This document shows positions 1 to 10,900 of a stretch of 64,000 bases of DNA, piece by piece. Source of the stretch: Saprospira grandis str. Lewin (lineage in GTDB: Bacteria > Bacteroidota > Bacteroidia > Chitinophagales > Saprospiraceae); contig NC_016940.1 of the NCBI RefSeq assembly GCF_000250635.1, positions 1,224,995-1,288,994 of the forward strand. The letters are read 5' to 3'. A model generated the notes under the pieces. That model worked only from the letters and a program-made list of their open reading frames with translations, did no database searches and was not told the DNA's origin. Each line of letters starts with the position of its first letter. Within the stretch, counting starts at the first letter, position 1. The position numbers and the translations under genes were made by a program.

Positions 1-3000
1 CTACCGCTAACCTCGCTAATGATGATGGCCTTGCTACTAGTAGTAGTCGTGGCCCCGCCTCCGACGGAAGAATCAAACCCGATATCTCCGCTCATGGCCA
101 AGGCCATTTCTCTACCGACCCCGATAATACTTATGTGGCCGGTGGAGGAACTTCAGCCGCCGCTCCTGGTATCGCAGGGGTGCTCACCCAATTGCATCAG
201 GCTTATCGAGACCTCAATGCTGGCGCTAACGCCCCCTCGGCCCTACTAAAAGCCGCATTGCTCAACTCTGCCAATGATCTAGGCAATGATGGTCCCGATT
301 ACTCTTTTGGCTGGGGAAAAGTGAATGCCTATCGCGCACTCAAAACCCTAGAAGAAAACCGATACATTAACGGATCTGTGGGACAAGCAGGCAGCGCTAG
401 CCATACCATTAGTATCCCTGCTAATGTTCGCCGAGCTAAAATTATGGTCTATTGGCACGATAAGGAGGCCTCTACTTCAGCCGCCCTTGCCCTAGTTAAT
501 AACCTAGACCTTACAGTTAGCGATCCTAGTAATAGCACGCATTTGCCCTGGATCCTCGACCCAACACCTAATGCCACTACCCTAGCCCTACCCGCTACCA
601 GAGGAGTCGATACCCTCAATAATGTGGAACAGGTGGCTATTGATAACCCTAGCGCAGGAACTTATACCATTAACGTAAGTGGTACTGCGGTGCCCTTTGG
701 CCCACAAGACTACTATATCGTCTATGAGTTCCTGACCGATGATATCCTACTCACTTATCCCGTGGGGGGCGAAGGACTTATCCCTGGCAGCCAAGACCGT
801 ATCCATTGGGATGCCTATGGCACAAGCGCTAGCTTTAATATTGAGTATAGCGCCGATAATGGTAATTCTTGGGCGACAGTACAATCTAATGTAGCTGGTA
901 CAGCTCGCTTTATTGACTGGACCGTCCCCACTGCTGTAACTGGCCAAGGACTTATCCGTATTACTAGAGGGAGCAACTCGGATATGAGCGATGCCAATTT
1001 CTCGATCCTAGAGACTCCTCAAAATATTCGAGTAGTTGCGGTCTGTACCTCTGCCAATACCATCCGCATCAATTGGGATGCCGTAGCTGGTGCCGCCGAA
1101 TATGATGTCTTTGTTCTTGGTGCCACACATATGGATTCTGTGGGCTCTACGGCTAACCTTAGCTTTGATGTCCCCGTCAACAATATCAATGATGACCAAT
1201 GGTTCTCGGTTCGAGCCAAAGGCCCTAACGGCCTTAGAGGCCGCCGCGCTATTGCAGTCCAAATGCAAGGAGGAAATACTGGAAGTTCAGCCTGCCTCAT
1301 GGATTGTGGACTAAATGACGATGCCGGAATTAGCCAGGTCTTTAGCCCCCAAACACAACAGCAAAGTTGTAATGGGAATAGTCTGCCCGTAGAAGTCGAA
1401 TTGACCAATATTAGCAATCAAGCACAAAGCAACTTTGAGGTCTACTATCAAGTCGATAACCAAACTATTGTTACCGATACCTTTACTGGCAGCCTAGCCG
1501 GAGGCGCTGTTGCTAACTTTAGCTTTAGCCAAGCCCTTACACTTGCTAGCCCCGGCCAATATCAGTTTAAGGTCTGGACCAATATCCCCGGAGATGGTGC
1601 CCGCTGTAATGATACAATCGCCATGACAATTGATTTTAGCAATACTATTAGTGCTTTCCCTTATATCGAGGACTTTGAATCTGGCGTTTTTCCTCCCGCC
1701 AATAGCTACCTCGAAAATAATGATGCCGACCTCAGCTGGCAGGAAGATAATGTGACGGGTAGCGATGGCAACCCCACTACTGCTATTGTGGTCAATAACT
1801 TTTCCTATAATGCCGCTGGTGAAGAAGATGTCCTCGGCTTCTTTAGTATGGACCTCACTAACGCACCCGCCGCTCAACTCAGCTTTGATGTGGCCTATGC
1901 TCGCTATAATGCCTCGCTCTATGATGGCCTAAGAGTAGAGGTCTCTACCGATTGTGGCCAAACCTATAGCCAACTCTACTTCAAGGAAGACCTTAATCTC
2001 GCTACGGCAGGTAGCCAAACTGGGCAGTTTAGCCCCGCCGCCGCTAGCGACTGGAGAACAGAGGTCATCGATCTCGCCCCTTACATTGGTAATAATGTGG
2101 CCTTCCGCTTTGTGAATATCTGTGGCTATGGCAACGACCTTTTCCTAGATAATATCAATGTGACGACGCTTAATAATGCCCCCAGCGTGGCCTTTAGCGC
2201 TGGAAGCACGACTAGCTGTAATGGTGCAGTCTCTTTTATGGACCAATCTACAAATACGCCCACTAGCTGGGCCTGGGATTTTGGCGATGGCAATAGCTCT
2301 ACGCAACAAAACCCCAACCATCTGTATACCGCCAATGGCAGCTATACGGTCCAACTAATTGCAAGTAACCAACTCGGTAGCGATACCCTGGTCCAAAGCA
2401 ATTATGTAACAGTGAATTTCCCTACAGCCCCCACTGCTGCAACTCCAGCTACAGGCTGTGTTGGCCAAACTGTTGCCCTAAGCGCTACCGGCACAGGCAG
2501 CATCTGGTGGTCCGATGCAAACGGTAATTTCCTCTTTGAAGGCAATACTTATAATGCAACGCCTACGGCTACAAGCAGCAACTATTCGGTCCAAAATGTA
2601 GTCACTTCTCCCTCTCAGCAGGTTGGCCCAGCCAACCCCGCCGCTGTAGGTGCCGGAGGCTATTTTACAGGTACCCAATACCTGAATTTCGACGCTAGCA
2701 GCCCCATCCGCATCGTTTCCATTTTGGTAGATGCCAATGGCGCAGGCAACAGAACGATTGAGCTTTATGATGCAGCCAATGGCGGCGGCAACCTGGTTCA
2801 GTCCACTACCGTAAATGTCCCTAACGGACAAAGCCGCATTACGCTCAATTTTGAACTGCCCGCTGCAGGTAGCTATAGTATCGGTGGCTCGGCCCTCAAT
2901 CTCTACCGCAATAATGCCGGCGTTAACTATCCCTATAGTATCGCTGGCCTGATGAGCATCACGGGCTCTTCTTTTAGCCCCGACTACTACTATTTCTTTT

Positions 3001-3551
3001 ATGATTGGGAAGTCCAAGAAGGCCCCTGCCGCTCTACTGCCGTTACGGTTAATGTCTCTGCTGATGAGGCAAACTTTAATCATGATGCCAATGCGAGTAC
3101 CCTTGCCGTTAACTTCACGGACCAATCCGCTGGAGCCAATAGTTGGAGCTGGGATTTTGGCGATGGCAATAGCTCTACGCAACAAAACCCTAGCTATAGC
3201 TATACCGCCCCTGGCGTTTATTTGGTCCAATTGACGATCAATGGTAACTGCAGCTATACAGATACGGTCACGGTTGGCCCCACGGCTATCCAAAGCTGGA
3301 GCAATGGCACTGATGTACGCATCCTGCCCAATCCTAGCCTCGGCCAAAGCCGCCTACAACTCTCTAGCGCACTCAGCAATACCCTAAGCGTTCAACTGAT
3401 TGCCCTAGACGGACGTATCCTACAAAGCTATGAACTGCCCGCTGGCCAAAATAGCCTAGACCTTAATGAGGAGCTCGCCCCCGGCCTCTATTTCTTGCGC
3501 CTGCAAAATGAACAGGAGCAACTCCTACTCAAATGGATTATTCAAGACTAA
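1..3551 (+). CDS. Subtilisin-like S8 serine peptidase with PKD-like domains and a T9SS C-terminal sorting domain (5' end outside window)
   Basis: Frame-3 reading is open from position 3. S8 motifs 'SSRGPASDGRIKPDISAHG' and 'GTSAAAPGIAGV' (G-T-S-x-A-x-P active-site Ser). Two 'WAWDFGDGNSSTQQNP..Y..G.Y.VQL' PKD-like repeats. C-terminal ~80-aa beta-rich tail ('ILPNPSLGQSRLQL...LYFLRLQNE') typical of Por_Secre_tail. Confidence 0.85.
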   Translation, partial: TANLANDDGLATSSSRGPASDGRIKPDISAHGQGHFSTDPDNTYVAGGGTSAAAPGIAGVLTQLHQAYRDLNAGANAPSALLKAALLNSANDLGNDGPDYSFGWGKVNAYRALKTLEENRYINGSVGQAGSASHTISIPANVRRAKIMVYWHDKEASTSAALALVNNLDLTVSDPSNSTHLPWILDPTPNATTLALPATRGVDTLNNVEQVAIDNPSAGTYTINVSGTAVPFGPQDYYIVYEFLTDDILLTYPVGGEGLIPGSQDRIHWDAYGTSASFNIEYSADNGNSWATVQSNVAGTARFIDWTVPTAVTGQGLIRITRGSNSDMSDANFSILETPQNIRVVAVCTSANTIRINWDAVAGAAEYDVFVLGATHMDSVGSTANLSFDVPVNNINDDQWFSVRAKGPNGLRGRRAIAVQMQGGNTGSSACLMDCGLNDDAGISQVFSPQTQQQSCNGNSLPVEVELTNISNQAQSNFEVYYQVDNQTIVTDTFTGSLAGGAVANFSFSQALTLASPGQYQFKVWTNIPGDGARCNDTIAMTIDFSNTISAFPYIEDFESGVFPPANSYLENNDADLSWQEDNVTGSDGNPTTAIVVNNFSYNAAGEEDVLGFFSMDLTNAPAAQLSFDVAYARYNASLYDGLRVEVSTDCGQTYSQLYFKEDLNLATAGSQTGQFSPAAASDWRTEVIDLAPYIGNNVAFRFVNICGYGNDLFLDNINVTTLNNAPSVAFSAGSTTSCNGAVSFMDQSTNTPTSWAWDFGDGNSSTQQNPNHLYTANGSYTVQLIASNQLGSDTLVQSNYVTVNFPTAPTAATPATGCVGQTVALSATGTGSIWWSDANGNFLFEGNTYNATPTATSSNYSVQNVVTSPSQQVGPANPAAVGAGGYFTGTQYLNFDASSPIRIVSILVDANGAGNRTIELYDAANGGGNLVQSTTVNVPNGQSRITLNFELPAAGSYSIGGSALNLYRNNAGVNYPYSIAGLMSITGSSFSPDYYYFFYDWEVQEGPCRSTAVTVNVSADEANFNHDANASTLAVNFTDQSAGANSWSWDFGDGNSSTQQNPSYSYTAPGVYLVQLTINGNCSYTDTVTVGPTAIQSWSNGTDVRILPNPSLGQSRLQLSSALSNTLSVQLIALDGRILQSYELPAGQNSLDLNEELAPGLYFLRLQNEQEQLLLKWIIQD

Positions 3552-3607
3552 TCTTTTTCGGTTTTTCTTGATTTCTCATCTAGAGGCCTTCCTTTTGGAA
3601 GGTCTCT

Positions 3608-3735
3608 TTTTTTTGGGGCCTGCCGCCTTCGGCGGCCGGGCCCTTGCAGGGCTCGCAAGCCTGCTCGGCCCTTCGTTTTTCGCTGCGCTCAAAACTCGGT
3701 CTGGCCTGCGGCCACCCTTTCAGGCCCCTAGGCCA
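3608..3735. repeat. GC-rich intergenic repeat element, forward orientation (family described in findings)
   Basis: Begins 'ttttggggcctgccgccttcggcgg' and ends 'ggtctggcctgcggccaccc...ctaggcc'. Shares the core 'gctcgc..gcctgctcggccc' with 18 other copies in the window. Coordinates approximate. Confidence 0.8.
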
Positions 3736-3815
3736 ATAGCCACTGCGGCTTTCAGCCGCAGCAAAAAGGGCCAGCTCAAAAGCTGGCCCAAGACCTAGCA
3801 GGGCGCAAAGCGCCC

Positions 3816-3945
3816 GCAGGCTGAGGGATGGGAGCAGGGCCGCCGCAGGCGGCAGACCCAGGCGCTTTAGTGCCGCAGGGCCGAGCGAACAGCGAGCTGC
3901 GGACAGCCCGACCCGCCCGCAGGGCGGGGCAGCCCCAAAAAATCA
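3816..3945. repeat. GC-rich intergenic repeat element, reverse orientation, variant B
   Basis: Sequence 'ggctgagggatgg...gccgcagggccgagcgaacagcgagctgcgg...ggggcagccccaaaa'. Reverse-complement form of the copies at 6855-7000, 15436-15592 and 62460-62650. Confidence 0.8.
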
Positions 3946-3955
3946 TCATCTAGTA

Positions 3956-4978
3956 TTAAAGCGATAATTCCCAACTCAAACCCGAAATATCCACTAATTT
4001 TAGGGTTTTGGCCTTGGCCGCTAAGGCTTTGGAAATCGGCAGACTCAGACGGGCCTTGGCCCCCAAGGGAACCACTAGGCTATGCGCCCCCGCCTTGATT
4101 TTAGCGGGATAAGCATTCTGAATTTGTTGATCGGGCAGGCTAGAAAGGGCTTTTTGGTCCCAGTTCTTAAGGATTTGGCCCTCCTCATCTAGCAATTCAA
4201 TTTGGATGAGAAAGGAGCCATAGACATCTGCTCCCTCTATGCGATAGAGCTCAAAGCTTAGGCTATCGGCCTGAAAAATCGGGGCCGAAAGGGCCAATTT
4301 GGGCTTAACCGATTTGTTGTGTAGCTGTCCCCAAAGGCCAGAATGAAAATATTGGTTAGTATAAAGTGCTAGGGCAAAAATGAGCAAACTGCCCCATAAA
4401 ACGGGCTTTTGGAAGCCTTCCCAGCGGATAGGGCCAGAGCTCCAGAACGATAGGTAGCCGGTCCAGCCCCAACGCTCCAAAGCATAATGGTCTAGACTGT
4501 AGCGGCCGCCGCCCGTCATCAATATACTTGCCCCAGCAGATACCCCCAAAATGCCGATTTGCCATTCATCTAGGCAGGTGGTGCCCAGCCAGCCTGAGCC
4601 CAGCAAAATGCCTAGGGCAAGGCCCAAAACGGCCAGACTCATCAGGCGGCTCAAAAAACCGAGCATAAAAAAGAGGCCCACAACGCCCTCTATCAGGGTA
4701 AAAAAGAGCATGGCCCACCACAAATAGGCGGGATGTTCGAGCAAAAACTCGATGATTGGGCCAATGCCAAGGGCCTGCGGCAAAAAATGATTAAACTTGA
4801 TACCGATATAATTGGCGGCATCGGGATCTAGCTTATTGGAGAGAATCAGGCGGCGCCAAAAAGCCGAGAAATAGGTCCAACCCACCACTAGACGGAGGCC
4901 CAAATTAAAGACGCCCAATAATTTATAGGAAAGAAACTGCTGCCCATCTTGGGGCAAAACTGCTGATTGATTTGACAT
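3956..4978 (-). CDS. DoxX-family membrane protein with a C-terminal soluble extension
   Basis: 340-aa ORF. The N-terminal ~170 aa contain four hydrophobic segments resembling DoxX/TQO small subunit proteins. Start may be further downstream because of overlap with the next ORF. Confidence 0.5.
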   Translation of the reverse strand: MSNQSAVLPQDGQQFLSYKLLGVFNLGLRLVVGWTYFSAFWRRLILSNKLDPDAANYIGIKFNHFLPQALGIGPIIEFLLEHPAYLWWAMLFFTLIEGVVGLFFMLGFLSRLMSLAVLGLALGILLGSGWLGTTCLDEWQIGILGVSAGASILMTGGGRYSLDHYALERWGWTGYLSFWSSGPIRWEGFQKPVLWGSLLIFALALYTNQYFHSGLWGQLHNKSVKPKLALSAPIFQADSLSFELYRIEGADVYGSFLIQIELLDEEGQILKNWDQKALSSLPDQQIQNAYPAKIKAGAHSLVVPLGAKARLSLPISKALAAKAKTLKLVDISGLSWELSL

Positions 4979-5396
4979 AGAAATGAGTTTTTTTAATGAA
5001 TGAATCGCTTAATTGCCAAGCATTCATCAACTCATTTTTCCATTGTTGGTAGAGCAGAAAATAGGGCCGAGGAGGGCCGCGGGGGCCTTCGGCATCGAGC
5101 ATAGCTCTATTTTTCCGCTTCATTTGGCTCAAAAAAAATAGCGAAGCCGAAGAAAGAGGCGCTGGGCCTGTTTTCTTTAGCTTCACTATTGTTTGGCCCC
5201 ATTGCAGCAGCCTGTTTTCGCTTTTTTGTTCTGTTTTCGCACAACTTAGGCCTTTGGCTTTGGCGGCCACGGCCGTAGGCAATTGGTCCAAACTGCTTTG
5301 CAGGGCCCAGCGCATTTTGCAGGGGGCTAGCAAGAGCAAGCTGCCCAAAAAGAGCAGACCAATATATGTGCGGAGCCTATTCATAGGCACAAACAT
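4923..5396 (-). CDS. Hypothetical small secreted protein (weak call)
   Basis: 157-aa ORF with a signal-peptide-like N-terminus 'LLFLGSLLLLAPC' in an otherwise 445-bp gap. Low-complexity composition. No recognisable family. Confidence 0.3.
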   Translation of the reverse strand: MFVPMNRLRTYIGLLFLGSLLLLAPCKMRWALQSSLDQLPTAVAAKAKGLSCAKTEQKSENRLLQWGQTIVKLKKTGPAPLSSASLFFLSQMKRKNRAMLDAEGPRGPPRPYFLLYQQWKNELMNAWQLSDSFIKKTHFYVKSISSFAPRWAAVSFL

Positions 5397-5424
5397 AAGG
5401 CTTTATTCCTTTCCCTTTTCTTAG

Positions 5425-6108
5425 CTATTTGCTAAGGCTTTCTAAAAGGCTTTTGGCCCCTTCAAACAAGCTGTCTAGGGCTTTTTCCATTTGCCAGCCG
5501 GCTCTATTGCGGGGCTCTACATAATTGGAGATAGACCGCAGGGCCACAAAAGGCTGTTTGGCTTGCAGGCAGGCAAAGAAAAAAGCGGCTCCCTCCATAC
5601 TCTCCAAATCGGCCTCGGGATATTTGGCCCGAATCTGCTCGATAGAATGGGCAGAGCCATGGGCTTTATTGACCGTTAGGCCCGTAGCCAAGGGCAAAAA
5701 CTCGCTTTCATCGGCTTGGGGGTTATAGAGGCGCTTATTGATATAAGGCGGGTTGCTCGGTTCTAAGAGGCCCAAATCAAAGAGGTCTAGAAGGCGGCCA
5801 TCTTTTTCCTCGGCCCCTAGGTCTCCTAAGATTTCGGCCCGAACGTGATAGAGCTGGCCCAAAACCAAATCGGGGTTCAAGGCTCCAGCTACCCCTAGGT
5901 TGATGGCCAAATCGGGGGGATTTAGGAGGAGCTCTTGGCCCAAAGCATGGGCGGTATGCATACTGCCCACCCCAGTAATTAGGCAATGTAGTTCTAGTTG
6001 GCCTTGCTTAAAGCTGCCCGCTCTGCGCTGAGGCTCCCAGTTTTTGTACAGCCATTGCAAAAGGGGCGAAATTTCTAGTTCGGTGGCGGCGACAATCAGG
6101 AGTTTCAT
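5425..6108 (-). CDS. Nucleoside phosphorylase-I family hydrolase (MTA/SAH nucleosidase or futalosine hydrolase MqnB-like)
   Basis: 'MKLLIVAATELEISPL' N-terminus and 'ITGVGSMHTAHAL' resemble the MTAN/MqnB fold. 227 aa is a typical length. Confidence 0.5.
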   Translation of the reverse strand: MKLLIVAATELEISPLLQWLYKNWEPQRRAGSFKQGQLELHCLITGVGSMHTAHALGQELLLNPPDLAINLGVAGALNPDLVLGQLYHVRAEILGDLGAEEKDGRLLDLFDLGLLEPSNPPYINKRLYNPQADESEFLPLATGLTVNKAHGSAHSIEQIRAKYPEADLESMEGAAFFFACLQAKQPFVALRSISNYVEPRNRAGWQMEKALDSLFEGAKSLLESLSK

Positions 6109-6815
6109 AGTTGAGTGGCTTGTTCGGCGAGATATTCTTCTTGGCTCATGCGGTCATAATAACGCATCTTAAAACGGTCCTTTTCGAGGACCACTTGGGT
6201 GTGGCTGACCGTCTGCACAATGCCATTATTTCGGTACATCACTAGGCCATTTTCGATATCGCCTTGGCCCCCTTCCTGATGAAACTGCCAGGCAGATTCT
6301 GGGCGGTAAGTTCCTTGCTGGCACTTCCAATCTGTAAACCAGCCCGCTCTTTGGGCCTGAATAGGCGCTGGATAAAGGGTGGCTGAAGACCAGATATAGG
6401 CCTCGGTGGGCATCAATTTTTCTACATGGGCTTTTTCCTCATCCCAGCGCAATTGATACAAATTGCCTCGCTCATAAATGACCAAAGTAAAGGGTTCGAT
6501 GCCTTCAAAATCGTAGTGTTCAAAAAAGCTGGGCGCATCTTCATAATCAAAGAAGTCGAGGACCAGCAGGCCACGGCTGCGTTTATAAGGCGGTTGATGC
6601 TTATGTTTCACAAAGGCGCCATTGAGCAAACAAAGCAGGCGGCCATTATCCGAGGCGGCAATCCAAGTTCCCCCTTGGCTCGGCTCTTTGGGGTAAATCA
6701 CCCCCTTTTCCTCATTCTTAAAAATCCCCTCGGGTTGGCGGCGGGGGCTCTCATCTCGGTTAGAGGTCAGTACAAATTGGTCCTTGCCTAGGGGCAAGTA
6801 AGTTACGGTACACAT
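6105..6815 (-). CDS. NRDE-family protein (DUF833/TANGO2-like)
   Basis: Starts 'MCTVTYLPLGKDQFVLTSNRDESPRR', i.e. the literal N-terminal Cys and NRDE motif. The ATG at 6813-6815 was verified on the reverse strand. The longer ORF call 6105..6971 runs through a repeat copy and is rejected. Confidence 0.75.
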   Translation of the reverse strand: MCTVTYLPLGKDQFVLTSNRDESPRRQPEGIFKNEEKGVIYPKEPSQGGTWIAASDNGRLLCLLNGAFVKHKHQPPYKRSRGLLVLDFFDYEDAPSFFEHYDFEGIEPFTLVIYERGNLYQLRWDEEKAHVEKLMPTEAYIWSSATLYPAPIQAQRAGWFTDWKCQQGTYRPESAWQFHQEGGQGDIENGLVMYRNNGIVQTVSHTQVVLEKDRFKMRYYDRMSQEEYLAEQATQL

Positions 6816-6854
6816 AATATTATATAGTTCTTGTTTTTCGGTTGGGGTTATGGG

Positions 6855-7000
6855 AAATTTTGGGGCTGCCCCGGCCAAGGGCCGGGTCGGGCTGTGTCGG
6901 GGCTCGCTATTCGCTCGGCCCTGCGCGGGCTTTGCCCGCTGGGTCTGCGGCTTCGCCGCCCCCCTATCCATCCCTCAGCCTGCGGCGCTTCGCGCCTGCT
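6855..7000. repeat. GC-rich intergenic repeat, variant B, forward
   Basis: Sequence 'ggggctgccccggcc..gggtcgggctgtgtcggggctcgc..ttcgctcggccctgcgcgggctttgcccgctgggtctgcggcttcgccgcccccctatccatccctcagcc'. Confidence 0.85.
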
Positions 7001-7009
7001 TGCTGCAAA

Positions 7010-7642
7010 TTATTGGCCCAATAAAATTTGCTGGGGAAAGAGTTTTTTGAGGCGGGCATCATGGGTAACAATCAGCAGGCTAGCGTTTAGAGCTTCTGAT
7101 TGTTCTCGGAGGAGCTGGGCCACTTCCTCGGCATTTTTATCGTCTAGGCTGGCCGTGGGTTCATCGGCCAGGATGAGTTGGGGGCGGCGCAGCAGCACAC
7201 GAGCAATAGCGATGCGTTGTTGTTCGCCTTGGCTCAGTTGATGGGGTTTGGCCTTGCGTTTATCGGCTAGACCTAGGCGATCTAGCAAATGGACAATGGC
7301 ATTTTTGTCTTCTTTAATTTGGGCAAAATGCTGGGCGGCCAATAGGTTTTCTTCCACATTTAGAGAGCGGATAAGGTGGGCTTGTTGGAAGACCACCCCG
7401 ACCTTTTGTCCCCTATACTCATCTAGGCTGCCCTTCATATTTTCTAGGGCCAAATTGCCTAGGCGGATACTGCCTTTTTGCAATTTTCGGAGGCCTGCGA
7501 TCAGGTGGAGCAGGGTTGTTTTGCCGCAGCCAGATTGGCCTAAGAGCAGGCGTTGCTCGCCTGCGGGGCAAGTAAAATTGGGAAAATCAATTTGTTTTCC
7601 ATCGGGATATTGGTAACTAACATCTTGAACGTGTAGGTCCAT
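7010..7642 (-). CDS. ABC transporter ATP-binding protein (orphan; no adjacent permease)
   Basis: Walker A 'GQSGCGKTT', ABC signature 'LSQGEQQRIAIAR' and Walker B 'LILADEPT'. Start set at 'MDLHVQDVSYQY' (ATG 7640-7642), because the upstream in-frame extension lies inside a repeat copy. Confidence 0.8.
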   Translation of the reverse strand: MDLHVQDVSYQYPDGKQIDFPNFTCPAGEQRLLLGQSGCGKTTLLHLIAGLRKLQKGSIRLGNLALENMKGSLDEYRGQKVGVVFQQAHLIRSLNVEENLLAAQHFAQIKEDKNAIVHLLDRLGLADKRKAKPHQLSQGEQQRIAIARVLLRRPQLILADEPTASLDDKNAEEVAQLLREQSEALNASLLIVTHDARLKKLFPQQILLGQ

Positions 7643-7667
7643 AGGAAAGGAGTTTCTGGTCCAAAAA

Positions 7668-7830
7668 ATGGCGGCTTTGCCGCCTTGGCCGCAGGCCAAA
7701 CGGCCTAGCGATGTGCAGGGGTGGCCGAAGGCCAGACCGAAGCGCGCAGCGCTGAAGGGCCGAGCGAACAGCGAGCCCTGGAACGTAGCGCCGCAGCTTT
7801 GCTGCGGAGGCCCCAAAAAATCAGCGAGCC
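7668..7830. repeat. GC-rich intergenic repeat, variant A, reverse
   Basis: Sequence 'ggcctagcgatgtgcaggggtggccgaaggccagaccgaagcg...gggccgagcgaacagcgagccctggaacgtagcgccgcagctttgctgcggaggccccaaaaaa'. Confidence 0.85.
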
Positions 7831-7974
7831 CCGGAACGACAACAAGGTCTTTAGACCGTCTTTGACGACCGAAGGGAGTAACCGCCGCCTCATCATATGA
7901 GTGGAGGCCCCAAAAGGGCATAAAAAAGGGGAGAACAGCGAACTGTCCTCCCCTCAAAAGTACAATATTTTGGC

Positions 7975-10900
7975 TTATTTCTGCAAAATAATGCGTTCGG
8001 TCAATACTTGCTCACCGATGATGATGCGGGCGAGATAAACGCCAGCGCTATAATCGGCTAGGTTAATTTGGTAGTTAAGGTTGCGGCCCAATTGGCTGGG
8101 GAAGCGTTGAACTTCTTGGCCATTGAGGTTATAGATTGTCAATTGTACTTCCTCCTCATTGGCTAGTTCAATTTGAAGCTGAGCGACATCTTGAGTAGGA
8201 TTGGGGAAGAGATTCAATTGATTGAGGCCTTCCACGCCATTGATATTAGTGGGTTGAGTGTAAGCCAGCGTGATTGTTTGGCTAGCAGAGCAACCTACTT
8301 GATCGTAGACAGAAACTTCATATTGGCCAGAAACGAGGTTATTGATGCTAGCGGTAGTATCGCCAGTATTCCAAACGATGTAGTAAGGACCAACACCGCC
8401 AGAGACAGAAACATCGATAGATCCAGCGAAGTCGCTGCTTTCGTTCACGATATTATCTACATTGATTGTCAAAGCGGGGTTAGCGCTAATTGTGTAGCTT
8501 TCGTCATAAGTACAGCCGATAGCGTCGGTAACGGTTACGCTATAAGTTTCGCCATCGAGGACGTTGCTTAGAGCGGCAGTCGTTGCGCCATTGCTCCAGT
8601 TGTAGGTATAGGGAGCGGTACCGCCTTGAACGTTAAGTTGGAGCGTACCGGCATTGCCACAATCTACGCCATTAGCCATAAAGCTAAAGTTGATCGGGGC
8701 TGGGCCATTAACGGGATAAGTTTCGGTAAACTCACAGCCGTTATCGTCGGTAATAGTTACGGTATAAGTTCCAACATCTAGTCCAGTGATATCTTCAGTA
8801 GTAGCGCCGGTGGTCCAATTGAAAGAGAAAGGAGCCGTACCGCCAGCCAAAGTAATATCAACAGCACCGTTGCCATCGCGTCCGCAGTTTAGCGTACTCA
8901 ACTGAGCGCTAACTGTGGGGCCAGTAAAGAAAGAAATCTGGATAGAGTCGGTAAGTGCGCAGCCATTAGCATCAGTCATGGTGACTGCATATTGGCCCTC
9001 CATATTAGCAACAATACCGGGAGTAGTTTCTCCAGTGCTCCAGAGATAGCTTTGAGCGCCAGGGGCGGCAGCAAGGCCTAATGGGTTACTTTCACAGATG
9101 GTAGCATCGGGGCCAAGGTCTAGGTTGGCTGTTGACACTACAGTAGCCGTAACGGGGGTACGCGTTGTACCGCCAGCACAAGAAGTAATTTCTGCGTAGT
9201 AAGTAGTAGATACTTGGAGCGCAGGAGTAGTAAATACGGGATCGGTAGACAAGAGTGTACCGCCAGTAGCTTGGTCGTACCAGCTAATTCCGCCAGCGGG
9301 CATAGAGGTCAAGCTAGCGCTATTTCCGATACAAGTCGTATCGTCCATGAAAGTGGGGTTAGGATTAGCGATGCTCACACAAATGTTAGCGGTATCATTG
9401 CTTGCGTTAGCGTCGGCAGCAAGCTGTGTAATGATTTCGAAGCAGTAATTTCCGCCTCCTGTAGTATTAAAGGTACCTACAGTGAGAGTATCTTGAGCGG
9501 CAGAAGCTAAAGGACCAGCATAGGTAGCGCTCAAGGTTTGCGTACCGTTAGGGCCATTCAAGTTTACGATTACGGGAACATTGCTAAGGCTATTGCTACC
9601 ATTATTAGAGAGCGTAATTACCAAGACTTCATTGGCATTTTCGCAGGTACCTACGCTAGGGGCGTCAACACCAACGGCTACGGCATCATCAGTAAAGATA
9701 GTAATCTCATCAGCTCCGATATCGGGTAGTGAAGTACTTGCAGAGGGTCGAGTTTCGCCATCGATATCAGTAGCTACGCCTACAAGAGCGCCAGCGGCAT
9801 TGAGTTGGATATTTTGAACGTGTAGGTCTGTGTAATTAGCCACAAACTGGGGATCGATATCCAAAGAGTTAGCATCATAGCCATAGGGGCCAGAAGCCTG
9901 CCAAGTGGCCAAATCATAGGTAGTTGTACCATAATCGATATGGTTAGTTCCGCTTGCCTTATAGAACACGTTATTATCCATAGCGGCCAAAGGCAAAGCA
10001 TCGGCAGATTCAAAGGCGTAGGCAGAAGCATTATCGGCCACAAAGATATTATTGCGAATATCTAGGTCGGTGGGGTCATTCATATAGAGACCAGAAGCGG
10101 CAGTGCTACCAGAACCGACCAATGTATTGTGCCAAATATCTACAGATTGGATATCATCCATATAGAGTGCATCATCACTCTTAGAGAACACCATATTGTT
10201 GATAATCTGTCCACGGCGAGTAATAGTGCCATCAAAGTTACCATCAGAGATATAGATGCCATAATCTTCTGTCACCACACGGTTGTAGTTGATTGTAAAG
10301 TCCATGATATCGAAGCAATAGATTGCATCGCTGGCGGTAGAGCCCACAGTTGTTTCAATCGTATTGTAGTTAATCTCTAGAGAGTCTTGATCATCAACAT
10401 AGATACCGTAGTCGTCAAAGTCTACAATTGTATTATTGATGATGCGGTTATACTTGTTGCGAGCAGCGCTAGCGCCTTCGATGTGGATCCCCATTTCTCC
10501 ACCAGAGATATAGTTATTCTCGATGAGGGTATAATTGGCGTTATTGCCTTCTGAGTAGTCATTGGTATAATCTGAAGAAATAACTACAGGAGTCACATCA
10601 AAAACAGAGGTGTGGAAAGTAGCGCTAATGCGGTTATTTCTGATGCGGTTATGATCTGCGCCATTAGTCAATTGTACGCCCCAGCCATCGCCGCCAGAAA
10701 GGGCAGTAGTAGCAATATTGAAGTTTTGTACTGTTACATAATCGGCTCCATCCAATAGTACAGTAGCATATTGGCTACTAGAAGCATCATGAGTAAGGAA
10801 AGTGGTAGCGGTATCGCCACCATCAAAAGTGATGGTATTGCTCATGCTAGCGCCAGAGATTTCTCCAACTAGGGCCAGTTGTTGTCCAGTATAAACGCCG

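Noticed and set aside
2478-3347. 289-aa minus-strand ORF, and other antisense ORFs, inside the S8 peptidase gene
   Set aside because: They are fully nested antisense to a strongly supported coding gene (S8 motifs, PKD repeats, T9SS tail) and have Ala/Gly/Ile-rich translations typical of shadow ORFs.
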